In this document: one piece after another, positions 23,056 through 60,000 of the stretch
How positions within the stretch are numbered: the first letter of the stretch is position 1
Layout: each line of letters opens with the position of its first letter
Assembly (NCBI GenBank): GCA_038087875.1
Contig: CM075991.1
Coordinates: 11,782,001-11,842,000 of the forward strand
Direction: 5' to 3'
DNA: 60,000 nucleotides
Origin: Malacoraja senta
Lineage: Eukaryota
Translations under genes and position numbers: made by a program
The notes under the pieces: model-generated
Databases searched by the model: none
What the model was told of the DNA's origin: nothing
What the model saw: only the letters and a program-made list of their open reading frames with translations

Positions 23056-23255
23056 NNNNNNNNNNNNNNNNNNNNNNNNNNNNNNNNNNNNNNNNNNNNN
23101 NNNNNNNNNNNNNNNNNNNNNNNNNNNNNNNNNNNNNNNNNNNNNNNNNNNNNNNNNNNNNNNNNNNNNNNNNNNNNNNNNNNNNNNNNNNNNNNNNNNN
23201 NNNNNNNNNNNNNNNNNNNNNNNNNNNNNNNNNNNNNNNNNNNNNNNNNNNNNNN
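23056..23255. other. Assembly gap (200 N)
   Basis: Run of exactly 200 N, a round placeholder length. Confidence 0.99.
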
Positions 23256-23294
23256 AGACTGATATCCTGGGATGGCAATACTTTCTTCTGAAGA

Positions 23295-23720
23295 GAGACC
23301 GGATAGACTTGGCTTGTACTCGCCTAGAATTTAGAAGATTGAGGGGGGATCTTATAGAAATTTAGAAAATTCTTAATGGGTTGGACAGGCTAGATGCAGG
23401 AAGATTGTTCCCGATGTTGGGGAAGTCCAGAACAAGGGGCCACAGTTTAAGGATAAGGGGGAAGTCTTTTAGGACCGAGATGAGAATTTTTTTTTCACAC
23501 AGAGAGTGGTGAATCTGTGGAATTCTCTGCCACAGAAAGTAGTTGAGGCCAGTTCATTGGCTATATTTAAGAGGGAGTTAGATGTGGCCCTTGTGGCTAA
23601 AGGGATCAGGGGGTATGGAGAGAAGGCAGGTACAGGATACTGAGTTGGATGATCAGCCATGATCATATTGAATGGCGGTGCAGGCTCGAAGGACCGAATG
23701 GCCTACTCCTGCACCTATTT
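23295..23720 (+). mobile_element. CR1 LINE 3' fragment
   Basis: LEFRRLRGDLIE.. through the conserved tail. Confidence 0.85.
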
Positions 23721-25374
23721 TCTAGGTTTCTATGTTTCTATGAGACCCACGCAGTCACCGGGAGAACGTGCAAACTCCACACAGACAGCATCTGAGGCGA
23801 GGATCGAACCCGGGTCTCTGGCGCCGGGAGGAAGCAGCTCTATCACTGCGTTGCTGTGACTCCCTGTGGGAATACAGTCATCTCGGGCAGTGAAGGCGTT
23901 GGCGCGCTGTCGGGATTGTGGAGTCAGTGCGATGGGAACTAACACAAACATTTGTGTGATTCCAATGCCTGGGAACATGGAGCTGGCGACTATCTCCATG
24001 GACGCCACCCCATTTCCTAAAGCGGATGACTAGTTCTTTCATCTTGCGGCCTTTGAGGGGAGGGGTTGTTGTCGTGACACCATGCTCCCCATCCCATGGA
24101 TGAACGCTCCATTTCCACTTTGATTAGTCAGAGAGATCAGGTGGAGAACTGGGTGGAACATTTGGCAGATGCAATTTAATTCCCAGCAGGTTTGTGATCA
24201 TGTATTTTGGGGCAGACATGTGCCCTGAATGGTTGGGCACTAAGGATAAACGGAGGGATCAAGGCCCCTCTTCAAGGCATTGTGCGTCTATCTTCGGTGT
24301 AAACCAGCATCTGTAGTTCCTTCTTCCACAATGGAACATGCAGTTCTTACTCGCTACAGCACAACGGGCCTGTAAACACAACACATAAATAACATACAAA
24401 TGCAATTCAATAACTCTAGACTTTAGAGATAGAGTGTGTAAACAGGCCCTTCAGTCCCAGCGAGTCCGCTCCAACCAGAAATCACTCCATACACAAGCAC
24501 TATCCTTCTGAATCAGTCTGAAGATGGGTTTCGGGCCGAAACGTTGCCTATTTCCTTCGCTCCATAGATGCTGCTGCACCCGCTGAGTTTCTCCAGCACT
24601 TTTGTCTAGCTTCGATATTCCAGCATCTGCAGTTCCTTCTTGAGCACTATCCTTCACACTAGGGACAATTTACAATTTGCAGAAGCCAATTAACCTACAT
24701 ATCTGCACGTCTTTGCGATGTGGGAGGAAACCGGAGCACCCGGAGGAAACCCACGCGGTCACAGGGAGAGCGTGCAGGGAGATCGAACCCGGGGTGTCTG
24801 GCGCTGCAAGGCAGCAGCTCTACCCGCTGCACCACCTTTGATGACCATAATAGTTAATAACTATAATACAAGTGTGAGTCTGTGAACTGTAATCGGCGGC
24901 TAGTTTTGGCGCCGTTTCACAGTCCCAGCTGTAGCTGGCCATCAAGGCCCGTGCCATCGTCCCCAGAACCATCGTCCCTCTCCTTGCCCGGCCACCGAGG
25001 TTACACAAGGTCCTTGGTGCGACTGAGAACAGAAGGGGGGGGGGGGGGGTCCCAGAAAATGCTGCAAAGGGGCGAGAGGACAACCAACTAAAAACTAAAA
25101 CGTACATAACGTCATTCGGCCCTCTTGTCTCTGATTGAAAACATGCGATCAAACACGCAAACGAGCATTGCGAAAGATTTTCTAACTAAATTGTAACTGT
25201 TCTTGGAAAACTGATCATCGTGTTAATGTAAAATAGGGCATTGAACCTCATGCTGAATTATAATCTATTTTTAATGATATCGCCAGTGGAATAAAAGTAA
25301 CATGAATCTGGGGCAAAAAATCCATGAAGATCAATGTAAATAAAATAGCTGAGAATAAGGAAGTCATGAAGTTG

Positions 25375-25745
25375 CCAGCGTTTGGCCAATTCACGTCTCA
25401 TACCCTGAAAGTTACATTTCTTTAAGTTCAGAACCATTGTTTCTGAATTAACAAAGTCACTCTCCATCCTAATGAAGAACTCACCCTATTATGGTCACTC
25501 TTGCCCAAGGGGGCACGTACAACAAGACTGCTAACTAACCCTTCCTCATTACTCAATACCCAGTGTAAAATAGCCTGCTCTCTCGTTGGTTCCTCTACAT
25601 GTTGATTTAGATAACTATCCCGCATGTTGGCGTTGAACCGGCCGACCCCTGTAAGCAGCCGGTTCAGGGCGACCCACTCTTTGCGGGGCAGGTCCCAGCC
25701 GGGTGGGGCTGTGGTGTTTGGTGCAACAGTGAATTGTGGAGGTCG
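25375..25745 (-). mobile_element. Adjacent RTE-like fragment (~25620-25745) and CR1 endonuclease fragment (~25375-25620)
   Basis: PPGWDLPRKEWVALNRLLTGVGRF (RTE-type C-terminus) joined to DSYLNQHVEEPTREQAIL..LGKSDHN (APE SDH motif). Confidence 0.65.
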
Positions 25746-27279
25746 TGAAATCTGACATTCAATCCGTTCCATTCACGTTACAGAAACTTGCCCTTCCAGA
25801 ATCCAGGGATCATGACCTAACAATTTCAGATAGGGATTAAAGTTGCTCTCATTGGAACTTATGCATCTGAAGGGTCTGAAAAACAGTTGCTGTTTTCGTG
25901 GTGAATGGAGGGGGTTGAGGCTGGAATGTTGGAGTAAGGAGTGAACGATAACATTGTGTTTTCACAAGAGGGTGATACAGGGGACCGGTGAATGTTTGTT
26001 CAACATGTCAGGCACAATGAGCTCTGGGTTCTGTTCGGAAGGAAGCAATTGAATAGAGTTTTTCTTGGTAATGAATCAGAAACCCCAGAGGATTTCTTTT
26101 ATGCGAATTGCATTTTTAAATATAAATAATTCTTGGTCGATGCTGGGGACCGGTTAAAGGCTCCTGGACATCGCCAGGACAACAGACCTTCATGGTCAGA
26201 TCAAGATCCCTGCACTTACTACAACTGAGGCATGATAATGGCGCCAAACTGGCGAGGCTGCACACTCTGTAGGAAGGAACTGCAGATGCTGCTTTACACA
26301 GAAGATAGACACAAAATGCTGGAGTAACTCCGCAGGACAGGCAGCATCTCTGGAGAGAAGGAATGGGAGATGCTGCCTGTCCTGCTGAGTTACTCCAGCT
26401 GTTTGTGTCTATCTTTGGTTTGAACCAGCAACTGCAGTTCCTTCCTACACACTGCTAGACAGTTGTACTGTATCTCAGCGGGTGCGGCAGCATCTATGGA
26501 GCGAAGGAAATAGGCAACTTTTCAGGCCGATACCCTTCTTCAGACCTGAAGAAGGGGTTCGACTCGAAACGTTGCCTATTTCCTTCACTCCATAGATGCT
26601 GCTGCACCCGCTTAGTTTCTCCAGCATTTTTGTCTACCTTCGATTTTCCAGCATCTGCGCTTCCTTCTTGAACAGTTGTACTGTAACTGATGGTAGACAA
26701 AAAAGCAGGAGAAACTCAGCGGGTGAGGCAGCATCTATGGAGCAAAGGAATAGGTGACGTTTGGGGTCGAGACCCTTCTTATCTGAGATGCTTGTCTAAG
26801 GTATCTGAGAATCTAGGGATATGGGGAAAAAGCAGGAACGTCCTGAGGTTTATCATCGATTGAAAGATACAGCACAGAAACTTCAGCCCACTGAGTCTTT
26901 GCTATTGAGGGAGTGCAGCGTAGGTTCACCAGATTAATTCCCGGGATGGCGGGACTGTCATATGCTGAGAGAATGGAGCGGCTGGGCTTGTACACTCTGG
27001 GAATTTAGAAGGATGAGAGGGGTTCTTATTGAAACATATAAGATTGTTACGGGTTTTTCAACCAAGCTCTCCTGCTCGACATATGCCTCCCATCCTCTAC
27101 TCCCAACATTATAAACATATTATACTAAATTATTGTGGAGTCATAGAGAGATACAGCACTGAAACGGGCCCTTCCGGCCCACTGACTCCATACTGACCAT
27201 CAATCACCCACTATTCATATCCAACTTTTCTCTCTCCATATTGTCATCAATTCCCTACACACAATTTACAGCACCAGGA

Positions 27280-27850
27280 GCACCTGGAGTATTGTGTGCA
27301 GTTTTGGTCCCCTAATTTGAGGAAGGACATTCTTGCTATTGAGGGAGTGCAGCGTAGGTTTACAAGGTTAATTCCCGGGATGGCGGGACTGTCATATGCT
27401 GAGAGAATGGAGCGGCTGGGCTTGTACACTCTGGAATTTAGAAGGATGAGAGGGTTTCTTATTGAAACATATAAGATTGTTAAGGGTTTGGACACGCTAG
27501 AGGCAGGAAAACATGTTCCCGATGTTGGGGGAGTCAGAACCAGGGACCACAGTTTAAAAATAAACAGTTTATACACAGTTTAATAAACCATTTTAGAACG
27601 GAGATGAGGAAACACTTTTTCACAGAGAGGTTATGAATCTGTGGAATTCTCTGCCTCAGAGGCCGGTTCTCTGGATATTTTCAAGAGAGAGCTAGATAGG
27701 GCTCTTAAAAATAGCGGAGTCAGGGGATATGGGGAGAAAGCAGGAACGGGGTACTGATTGGGGATGATCAGCCATGATCACATTGAATGGCAGTGCTGGC
27801 TCGAAGGGCCAAATGGCCTGCTCCTGCACCTATTGTATATTGTTTATTGT
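27280..27850 (+). mobile_element. CR1 LINE 3' fragment
   Basis: QFWSPNLRKDILAIEGVQRRFTRLIPGMAGLSYAERMERLGLYTLEFRRMRG. Confidence 0.9.
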
Positions 27851-29062
27851 CTATGCCGACATCGATCACATGTTCACGATAGTTTTCTCTTTTCCCACTT
27901 TCTCATCCACTCCCTACACAGTAGACGCTGTTTACAGAGGGACAATTAACCTACAAACCCGCACGTCTTCGGGACGTGGGAGGAAACCGGAGCACCCGGA
28001 GGAAACCCGCGCGGTCACAGGGAGAAGGTGTAAAAACTCCTCACAGACAGCACCAGAGGTCGGGATTGGACCCGGGTCACTGGCGCTGTGAGGCGGTAGT
28101 TTTACCAGCTGCGCCACCCTCTTTGCCTCTCACACTGCCCCACTGTGGCTGAAACCCTCGGTCACGGAGGGGAGGGGAGGGGAGGGGGAGGGGAGGGGAG
28201 GGGAGAGCAAGGCTGTGAACCCCTTGCACTCTGGCGCCCACAGACAGACGTGAACGTGAGTCTTTCACACGGAGGACGGGAGGTGGAGGAAGCTCCCTGG
28301 GGGATGAGTTGGTCGGAGGAGTGCAGAGGCAGCTATGTGTAAGTGTCAGGGGCAGCACAGTGACACAGCGGTAGTGTTTTGCTGTCTTACAGCACCAGAG
28401 ACCTGGCTTTGATCTTAACCTCGGTACAGAATTTGCACGTTCTCCCTGTGACTGCGTGGGTTTCCTCCTGGTGTTCCGGTTTCCCCCCACATCACAAAGA
28501 CGTGCAGGTTTGTAGGTTAATTGGCTTCTTAAATCGTCGCTGGTGTGTGTAGGGTGAGCAGGTGATCATTGGTCAACATGGTCTCGATGGGCCGAAGGGC
28601 CTGTTTCCACGCTGTATCTCTAAACTAAACTGATCTAAATGTGCAGATTTACAGGTTAAGAGGCTTCTGTAAATTAATAATAAATACTTTATTGATCCCC
28701 TCAGGGAAATTCAGATGTCCAGTAGCCCCCAACCAACAAACCCACACATTCAAAACGAACGCAGACAGAAAATACATAAAATACCATGTGGACAATACCT
28801 GAGAGCAATATATACTTAAAAAGACAAATAATTAAGAATTATTGTCCCTAGTGTGTTGGATAGATCTAGTGTACTGGCGATCCCTGGTTGGCGCGGACTC
28901 GTTGGGCCTGAGGACTGTTTCCACGCTGTATTCTCTAAACTAAACTAAAGTGATGTTGTAACTGTGAGCTGTCCGTGGTAAAGCACATCTGAGCGGAGTG
29001 TACTCTGCAGAGGCAGAGTGTAGGACAGGCCGGTGCTGGACAAGACACTTGTCAGTCTGAAG

Positions 29063-29423
29063 CAAAGATCCTATAGCAGAGCAAGATAGACCACTCCTTC
29101 TAAATGCAATGGGGCTGACGTGTAGTACGCAACGGAGCCCGACCCGACCCGACCCGCAGTGTAATCAACGTTGCGGGGGAACAGTTTGTGTTAATAAATT
29201 ATAATTCTGAAAATGAGGAGAAGATTTTTCCCAAATAACTTTTATTTTTACGAGGATGTTTCCGTAACCGGCTTCCGTCTCCGCACCAGTATCCTATGGG
29301 ATCTTTGGTGCGGAGACGGAAGCTGCTTACGGAAATGGGGCCAAAAATTAACCATGGATCTGCCCTTGACCGTACTATGTCTTTCTCGTCGAGTGATGTA
29401 TCTTGCCTGCTATAGGATCTTAG
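29063..29423. mobile_element. Non-autonomous DNA transposon (361 bp), ~30-bp TIRs, 8-bp TSD GTCTGAAG; P- or hAT-superfamily-like
   Basis: CAAAGATCCTATAGCAGAGCAAGATA...TATCTTGCCTGCTATAGGATCTTAG, with GTCTGAAG at 29055-62 and 29424-31. Confidence 0.8.
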
Positions 29424-30060
29424 GTCTGAAGAAGGGTCTTGACCCGAAATGTCACCCATTCCTTCTCACCAGAGATGCTGCCTGTCCCGCTGAGTTACTC
29501 CAGCATTTTGCGTCTACACGGTGCTGGGCAAGATGCATTCCTTTAGTTACTGGCCGGATGCTTCCTGAACTATGTGGAAGCAGGAAGGAAGGTGAGTGTA
29601 GGAGGCCAGGACATTGTATGAATGTAAGGGAAGGCTATGACGTGCCAACGCTGGGTGTGTCTCGGATGTGAGAATCCGCTGATACTAGTGTGAGGCTGCC
29701 TGTCTGAAGAAGGGTCTCGACCCGAAACGTCATCCATTCCTTCTCTCCAGAGATGCTGCCTGTCTCGCTGAGTTACTCCCCAGCGGTATGAACATAGACT
29801 TCTCCAATTTCAGGTAGTCCCTGCTTTCTCCCTCCTTCCCTCCCCCTTCCCAGCCCACGGTCTCCGCCTCTTCCTTTCATCTTCCCGCCCCCCCCACATC
29901 AATCTGAAGAAGGGTCTCGACCCGAAATGTTACCTATTCCTTCGCTCCATTGATGCTGCCTCACCCGCTGAGTTTCTCCAGCATTTTTGTCTACCTTCGC
30001 TGAGTTACTCCAGCTTTTTGTGCCTATCTTCGGTTTAAACCAGCATCTGCAGTTCGTGCC
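29424..30060 (+). mobile_element. Cluster of Penelope-like short elements with hammerhead motifs (cores at 29426, 29704, 29904)
   Basis: Three copies of CTGAAGA-A-GGGTCTyGACCC-GAAAyGTy, each followed by the conserved body ..ttcc..agatgctgcct....cgctgagtt.ctcc.. Confidence 0.7.
29704..29731 (+). ncRNA. Minimal type I hammerhead ribozyme motif (best copy of a multi-copy family)
   Basis: CUGAAGA, extra A, stem II GGGU-CUCG-ACCC, GAAAC, GUC cleavage triplet. Confidence 0.6.
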
Positions 30061-30139
30061 TACATATTCTGTTGTGCTGCAGCAAGCAAGAATTTCATTG
30101 TTCTATCTGGGACATATGTCAATAAAACACTTTAAAAAA

Positions 30140-30585
30140 ATATATATATTTTTTATTAGAAGCAAAGACATATTATGGTTTATCAATCATACATTATTAA
30201 TATTATCAATTGTGGATTGATTCTGCTACTAGTTTTTTTTTTATAGATAGAAAGTGAGAAAGAAAGAGAGAAAAAAATAAAATAAAACACAAATGTCAAG
30301 ATAAAAAATAAAAGAGGGGAATAATTTACTAATAATACGTCATTGGAGAAGGGTTCGTAGGTTATAAAGTATATCTTTTCATCTAATCCTGAGTTCAAGC
30401 TTCAGTTAGGTTCCCGTGCCAAACCTATCTACCCCTTCAAATAGTCAATGAATGGAGACCATATTCGAACAAAAAGTTGTTGTTTGTCCATTAAGACAAG
30501 TCTGATTCTTTCCAGGTGTAGGGTCTCCGACATTTCCATAATCCACATTTTAATTGTGGAGGTTATAGGACCTTTCCAAAATGTT
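30140..30585 (-). mobile_element. L1/Tx1-like LINE 3' fragment
   Basis: Minus strand reads FWKGPITSTIKMWIMEMSETLHLERIRLVLMDKQQLFVRIWSPFIDYLKG, resembling fish L1 ORF2 C-termini, followed by a T-rich UTR and A-rich tail. Confidence 0.6.
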
Positions 30586-30824
30586 GACAATAAAACACTC
30601 TTGACTCATGAGCAACGTCTTGTATAACTGTAACATTGATTTTCAACTTCTATACTCAATGTCCTGACTGATGAAGACCACTGTGTCAAAAGCCTTCTTC
30701 ATCACCCTGCCCACCACCAAGGGGCCGAATGGCCTCTTCCTTGCCCCTGGTTTGTGTGTTCATGTGAGGGGGGGGGGGGGGAGATAATTATGTAACCAAA
30801 TATCCAAGAACCTTTTGGAAACAC

Positions 30825-32080
30825 AAGGAAACATGTTCCCGATGTTGGGGGAGTCCAGAACCAGAGGTCACAATTTAAGAATAAGGGGTAACCCATTTAG
30901 GACTGAGATGAGGGAAAACTTTTTCACCCAGAGAGTTGTGAATCTGTGGAATTCTCTGCCTCAGAAGGCGGTGGAGGCCAATTCTCTGGATGCTTTCAAG
31001 AGAGAGTTCGATAGAGCTCTTAAAGATAGCGGAGTCAGAGGATATGGCGAGAAGGCAGGAACGGGTTACTGATTGGGGATGATCAGCCGTGATCACAGTG
31101 AATGGCGGTGCTGGCTCGAAGGGCCGAATGGCCCACTCCTGCACCTGTTGTCTATTGTCGGTTCTGCTTCAGTACATTGAGCGAGCGGGCCGACCGGACT
31201 GGACTTTGAATAAAGGCACCAAAGATGGTGGCGGATGCGTGTGTAACAAATGCAAACATAATTTCACTGTGCAATCGTGTACGTGACAAATAAAACACCA
31301 ATATGGAAAATGCTGTAGTTTCCATCTCTTGCCTTCGCCACTGAAAACCAACATCAAGATGTTTTCGGTGGTGAGACGTGGAGATAAGGGACTAAACTTA
31401 ATCAGATCGCCACATGATGCTTAGCTGACAGCAAGGTGAAATGAATGTTGTTAATGCAAAGAACAAACAAATAAACTCCAGATTTATCTCAACAACTTGC
31501 AGGCTTCTCCCTCACGAGTGTGGAGCACGGCAGCAACACAAGTGAATACTCAGCCGTCACCAGTTGCAACACATCATGGCAAAGCCATGGAGCCAAGATT
31601 CACTGGGATTTAGAAGGATGAGAGGGGATCTTCTGGATCTGGATGTAATACACTGAAAAGCTCCAGGTAGAGCAATACTCAGCACTATGATGGTGCTGGA
31701 TAAATCAGGGAACCAGATATCCAAGAACCTCTTGGAGACACAAGGAAAAATGTTCCCGATGTTGGGGGAGTCCAGAACCAGGGGTCACAATTTTAGGATA
31801 AGGGGTAACCCATTTAGGACTGAGATGAGGAAAAACTTTTTCACCCAGAGAGTTGTGAATCTGTGGAATTTTCTGCCACAGACAGCAGTGGAGGCCAATT
31901 CACTGGATGTTTTCAAGAGAGAGTCAGATTTAGCTCTTAGGGCTAATGGAATCAAGGGATATGGGGAGAAGGCAGGAACAGGGTACTGATTGTGGATGAT
32001 CAGCCATGATCATATTGAATGACGGTGCAGGCATGAAGGGCCGAATGGCCTCCTTCTGCAACTATTTTCTATGTTACTAT
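30825..32080 (+). mobile_element. Two CR1 3' fragments (~30825-31160, ~31745-32080)
   Basis: MFPMLGESRTRGHN.RIRGNPFRTEMR.NFFTQRVVNLWN in both. Confidence 0.85.
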
Positions 32081-32199
32081 GACACAAAATGCTGGAGTAA
32101 CTCAACAGGTCAGGCAGTATCTCTGGAGAACATGGATTGGTGATGCTTCAGGTCGGGACTGGGACAGAAGGAAAATGGTCTGAAGAAGGGTCTTGATCT

Positions 32200-32463
32200 G
32201 TAACGTTACCCATCCATGTTCTCCACAGATGCTGCCTGACCCGCTGAGTTACTCCAGCACTCTGTGAAACGTCACCTATCCATGTTCTCCACAGATGCTG
32301 CCTGACCCGCTGAGTTACTCCAGCACTCTGTGAAACGTCACCTATCCATGTTCTCCACAGATGCTGCCTGACCCGCTGAGTTACTCCAGCACTCTGTGAA
32401 ACGTCACCTATCCATGTTCTCCACAGATGCTGCCTGACCCGCTGAGTTACTCCAGCACTCTAT
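32200..32463 (+). repeat. Tandem repeat, 4 x 66 nt, derived from the hammerhead-bearing element
   Basis: Units start at 32200, 32266, 32332 and 32398: gaaacgtcacctatccatgttctccacagatgctgcctgacccgctgagttactccagcactctgt. Confidence 0.9.
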
Positions 32464-32669
32464 GTCCAGTACTGAAGTGGAATCCCAACCCAAAAGGCCG
32501 CCTGTCTCCTCGGCCTCCGCAGAAGCTGCTCCACCCGCTGAGTTGCTGCGGCCGTTTGTTTTTGCCTGAGAACCTCTTGCCTCCCCGGGAGGAGCGCCGG
32601 GGAACGTGTGCGGGCTTGCTGCCAACGCGACCCTCTAACCCGCCTCTGTTGCCCACAGGGTGAGTGAGG

Positions 32670-58798
<26,129 letters not shown>

Positions 58799-59159
58799 GT
58801 GAGTACCCGCGCAGAGCGGTCGCGGCAAACCCAGCACGGGCGCGGGCCAGAACACCGCCTGCGTCCGGCGAGGTGGGGGGGGGGGGGGGGAATTATCCAC
58901 GGGTTCAGCCCGTCCACCCAATGATTAGATTGGCCAGTTGAATTGAATTGAATACTTTATTGTCACATGTGACAAGTCACAGTGAAATTCTGTGCTTGCA
59001 TGACCACGGTATGCGAATAGTCGCTACATAAAGGGCACTTACAAGGTTACAAATCCCCTCCCCCCCCCTCCCCCCACTGGGTCCCCATTGTTTTTTCCGC
59101 TTCCCGCACCAAGAGCCTTTCCCTTTCCCTCGGGTGAGTCCGCTCCTCCTTTGGGTCGG

Positions 59160-59447
59160 CGCGGTGACGCAGCGGGTGGAGCTGCTGCCTCACAGCGCCA
59201 GAGACCCGGGTTAGACCCTGACCTCGGGCGCTGTCTGCACGGAGTCTTCACGTCCTCCCCGTGACCTGCGTGGGTTTTCTCCGGGTGCTCCGGTTTCCTC
59301 CCACACTCCAAAACGTGCAGGTTTGTAGGTTAATTGGCTTCGGTAAATTGTAAATTGTCCCTGGTGTGTGCAGGATCGTGCTAGTGTGCGGGGATCGCTG
59401 GTCGGCGCGGACCCGGTGGGCCGAAGGGCCTGTTCTCTAAAGTCTAA
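59160..59447 (+). mobile_element. HE1-type V-SINE
   Basis: tRNA-like head, V-domain, gggccgaagggcctgtt tail. Confidence 0.85.
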
Positions 59448-60000
59448 AGTCTCGGGAGATTTTCAGACATCCCTGTGTGTATCTATGTCCGCCACATGAC
59501 TGAATGGATGTGCAGTTTTTGGAGAGGGTGCAGAGGAAGTTCACCAAAATACCACCCCCGATTAGACGGTGTTAAGGAGAGGTGGATTGTTTTCTCTGGA
59601 GCATCGGAGGCTGATGGGAGACGCATATAAAATGATGAGAGGTGTAGAGAGGTGGACAGTCAGAACCTATTTCCCCCCCCAGGGTGAACATGGTCAACAC
59701 CAGAAGGGCATAATGTCAAGGGGAGAAGGGCTAAGTTTAAAGGAGATTTGCATGGTAATTATTTTACACAGAGGGTGGTGGGTGCCTGCCAAGAGTCAAG
59801 TCAAGAGAGTCTATTGTCGTGTTGTCCCTGACAGGACAATGAAATTCTTGCTTTGCTTCAGCACAACAGAACATAGTCGGCCATTGACTACAAAACAGAT
59901 CAGTGTGTCCATATACCATTATATACGTAAATACACACATGAAGAAATGAACTGATAATGTGCAAATAACAGATAATGGGCTATTAATGTTCAGAGTTTT

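Noticed and set aside
24820..25023. Minus-strand acceptor followed by RARRG, as a candidate PLAT pro-peptide exon
   Set aside because: No signal peptide, no suitable donor, and no further similarity to tPA.
28130..28345. GC-rich segment ending in gtaagt, as a candidate IKBKB first exon or promoter
   Set aside because: No sequence-only evidence linking it to either gene.

Overview
Vertebrate genomic DNA. Abundant HE1-type V-SINEs and HER1/CR1 LINE fragments point to a cartilaginous fish, probably a skate or ray. Three genes are supported. (1) An unidentified GC-rich ORF on + (2124-3377, 417 aa, low complexity) ending in a CaaX box (CLIF), preceded by a splice acceptor and an overlapping poly-Gly upstream ORF. 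(2) The 3' eight exons of a tissue-type plasminogen activator gene (PLAT) on - (16421-23016), covering 1.5 kringles and the complete protease domain; its 5' exons are not visible and probably fall in the 200-N gap. (3) The first 13 coding exons of IKBKB (IKK-beta) on + (32670-58798), continuing past the window. PLAT and IKBKB are head-to-head as in human 8p11. Four single-base frame disruptions occur in otherwise well-conserved exons and are most likely consensus errors. The rest is dense repeat: CR1, L2, Rex1, L1 and RTE fragments, SINEs, three TIR MITEs, micro/minisatellites and G-rich tracts. The most notable non-coding signal is a high-copy short element carrying a minimal hammerhead-ribozyme motif (Penelope/retrozyme-like) in tandem and inverted arrangements. 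Exon boundaries were read base by base; repeat boundaries are approximate. Comparisons to human proteins are from recall, not database searches.
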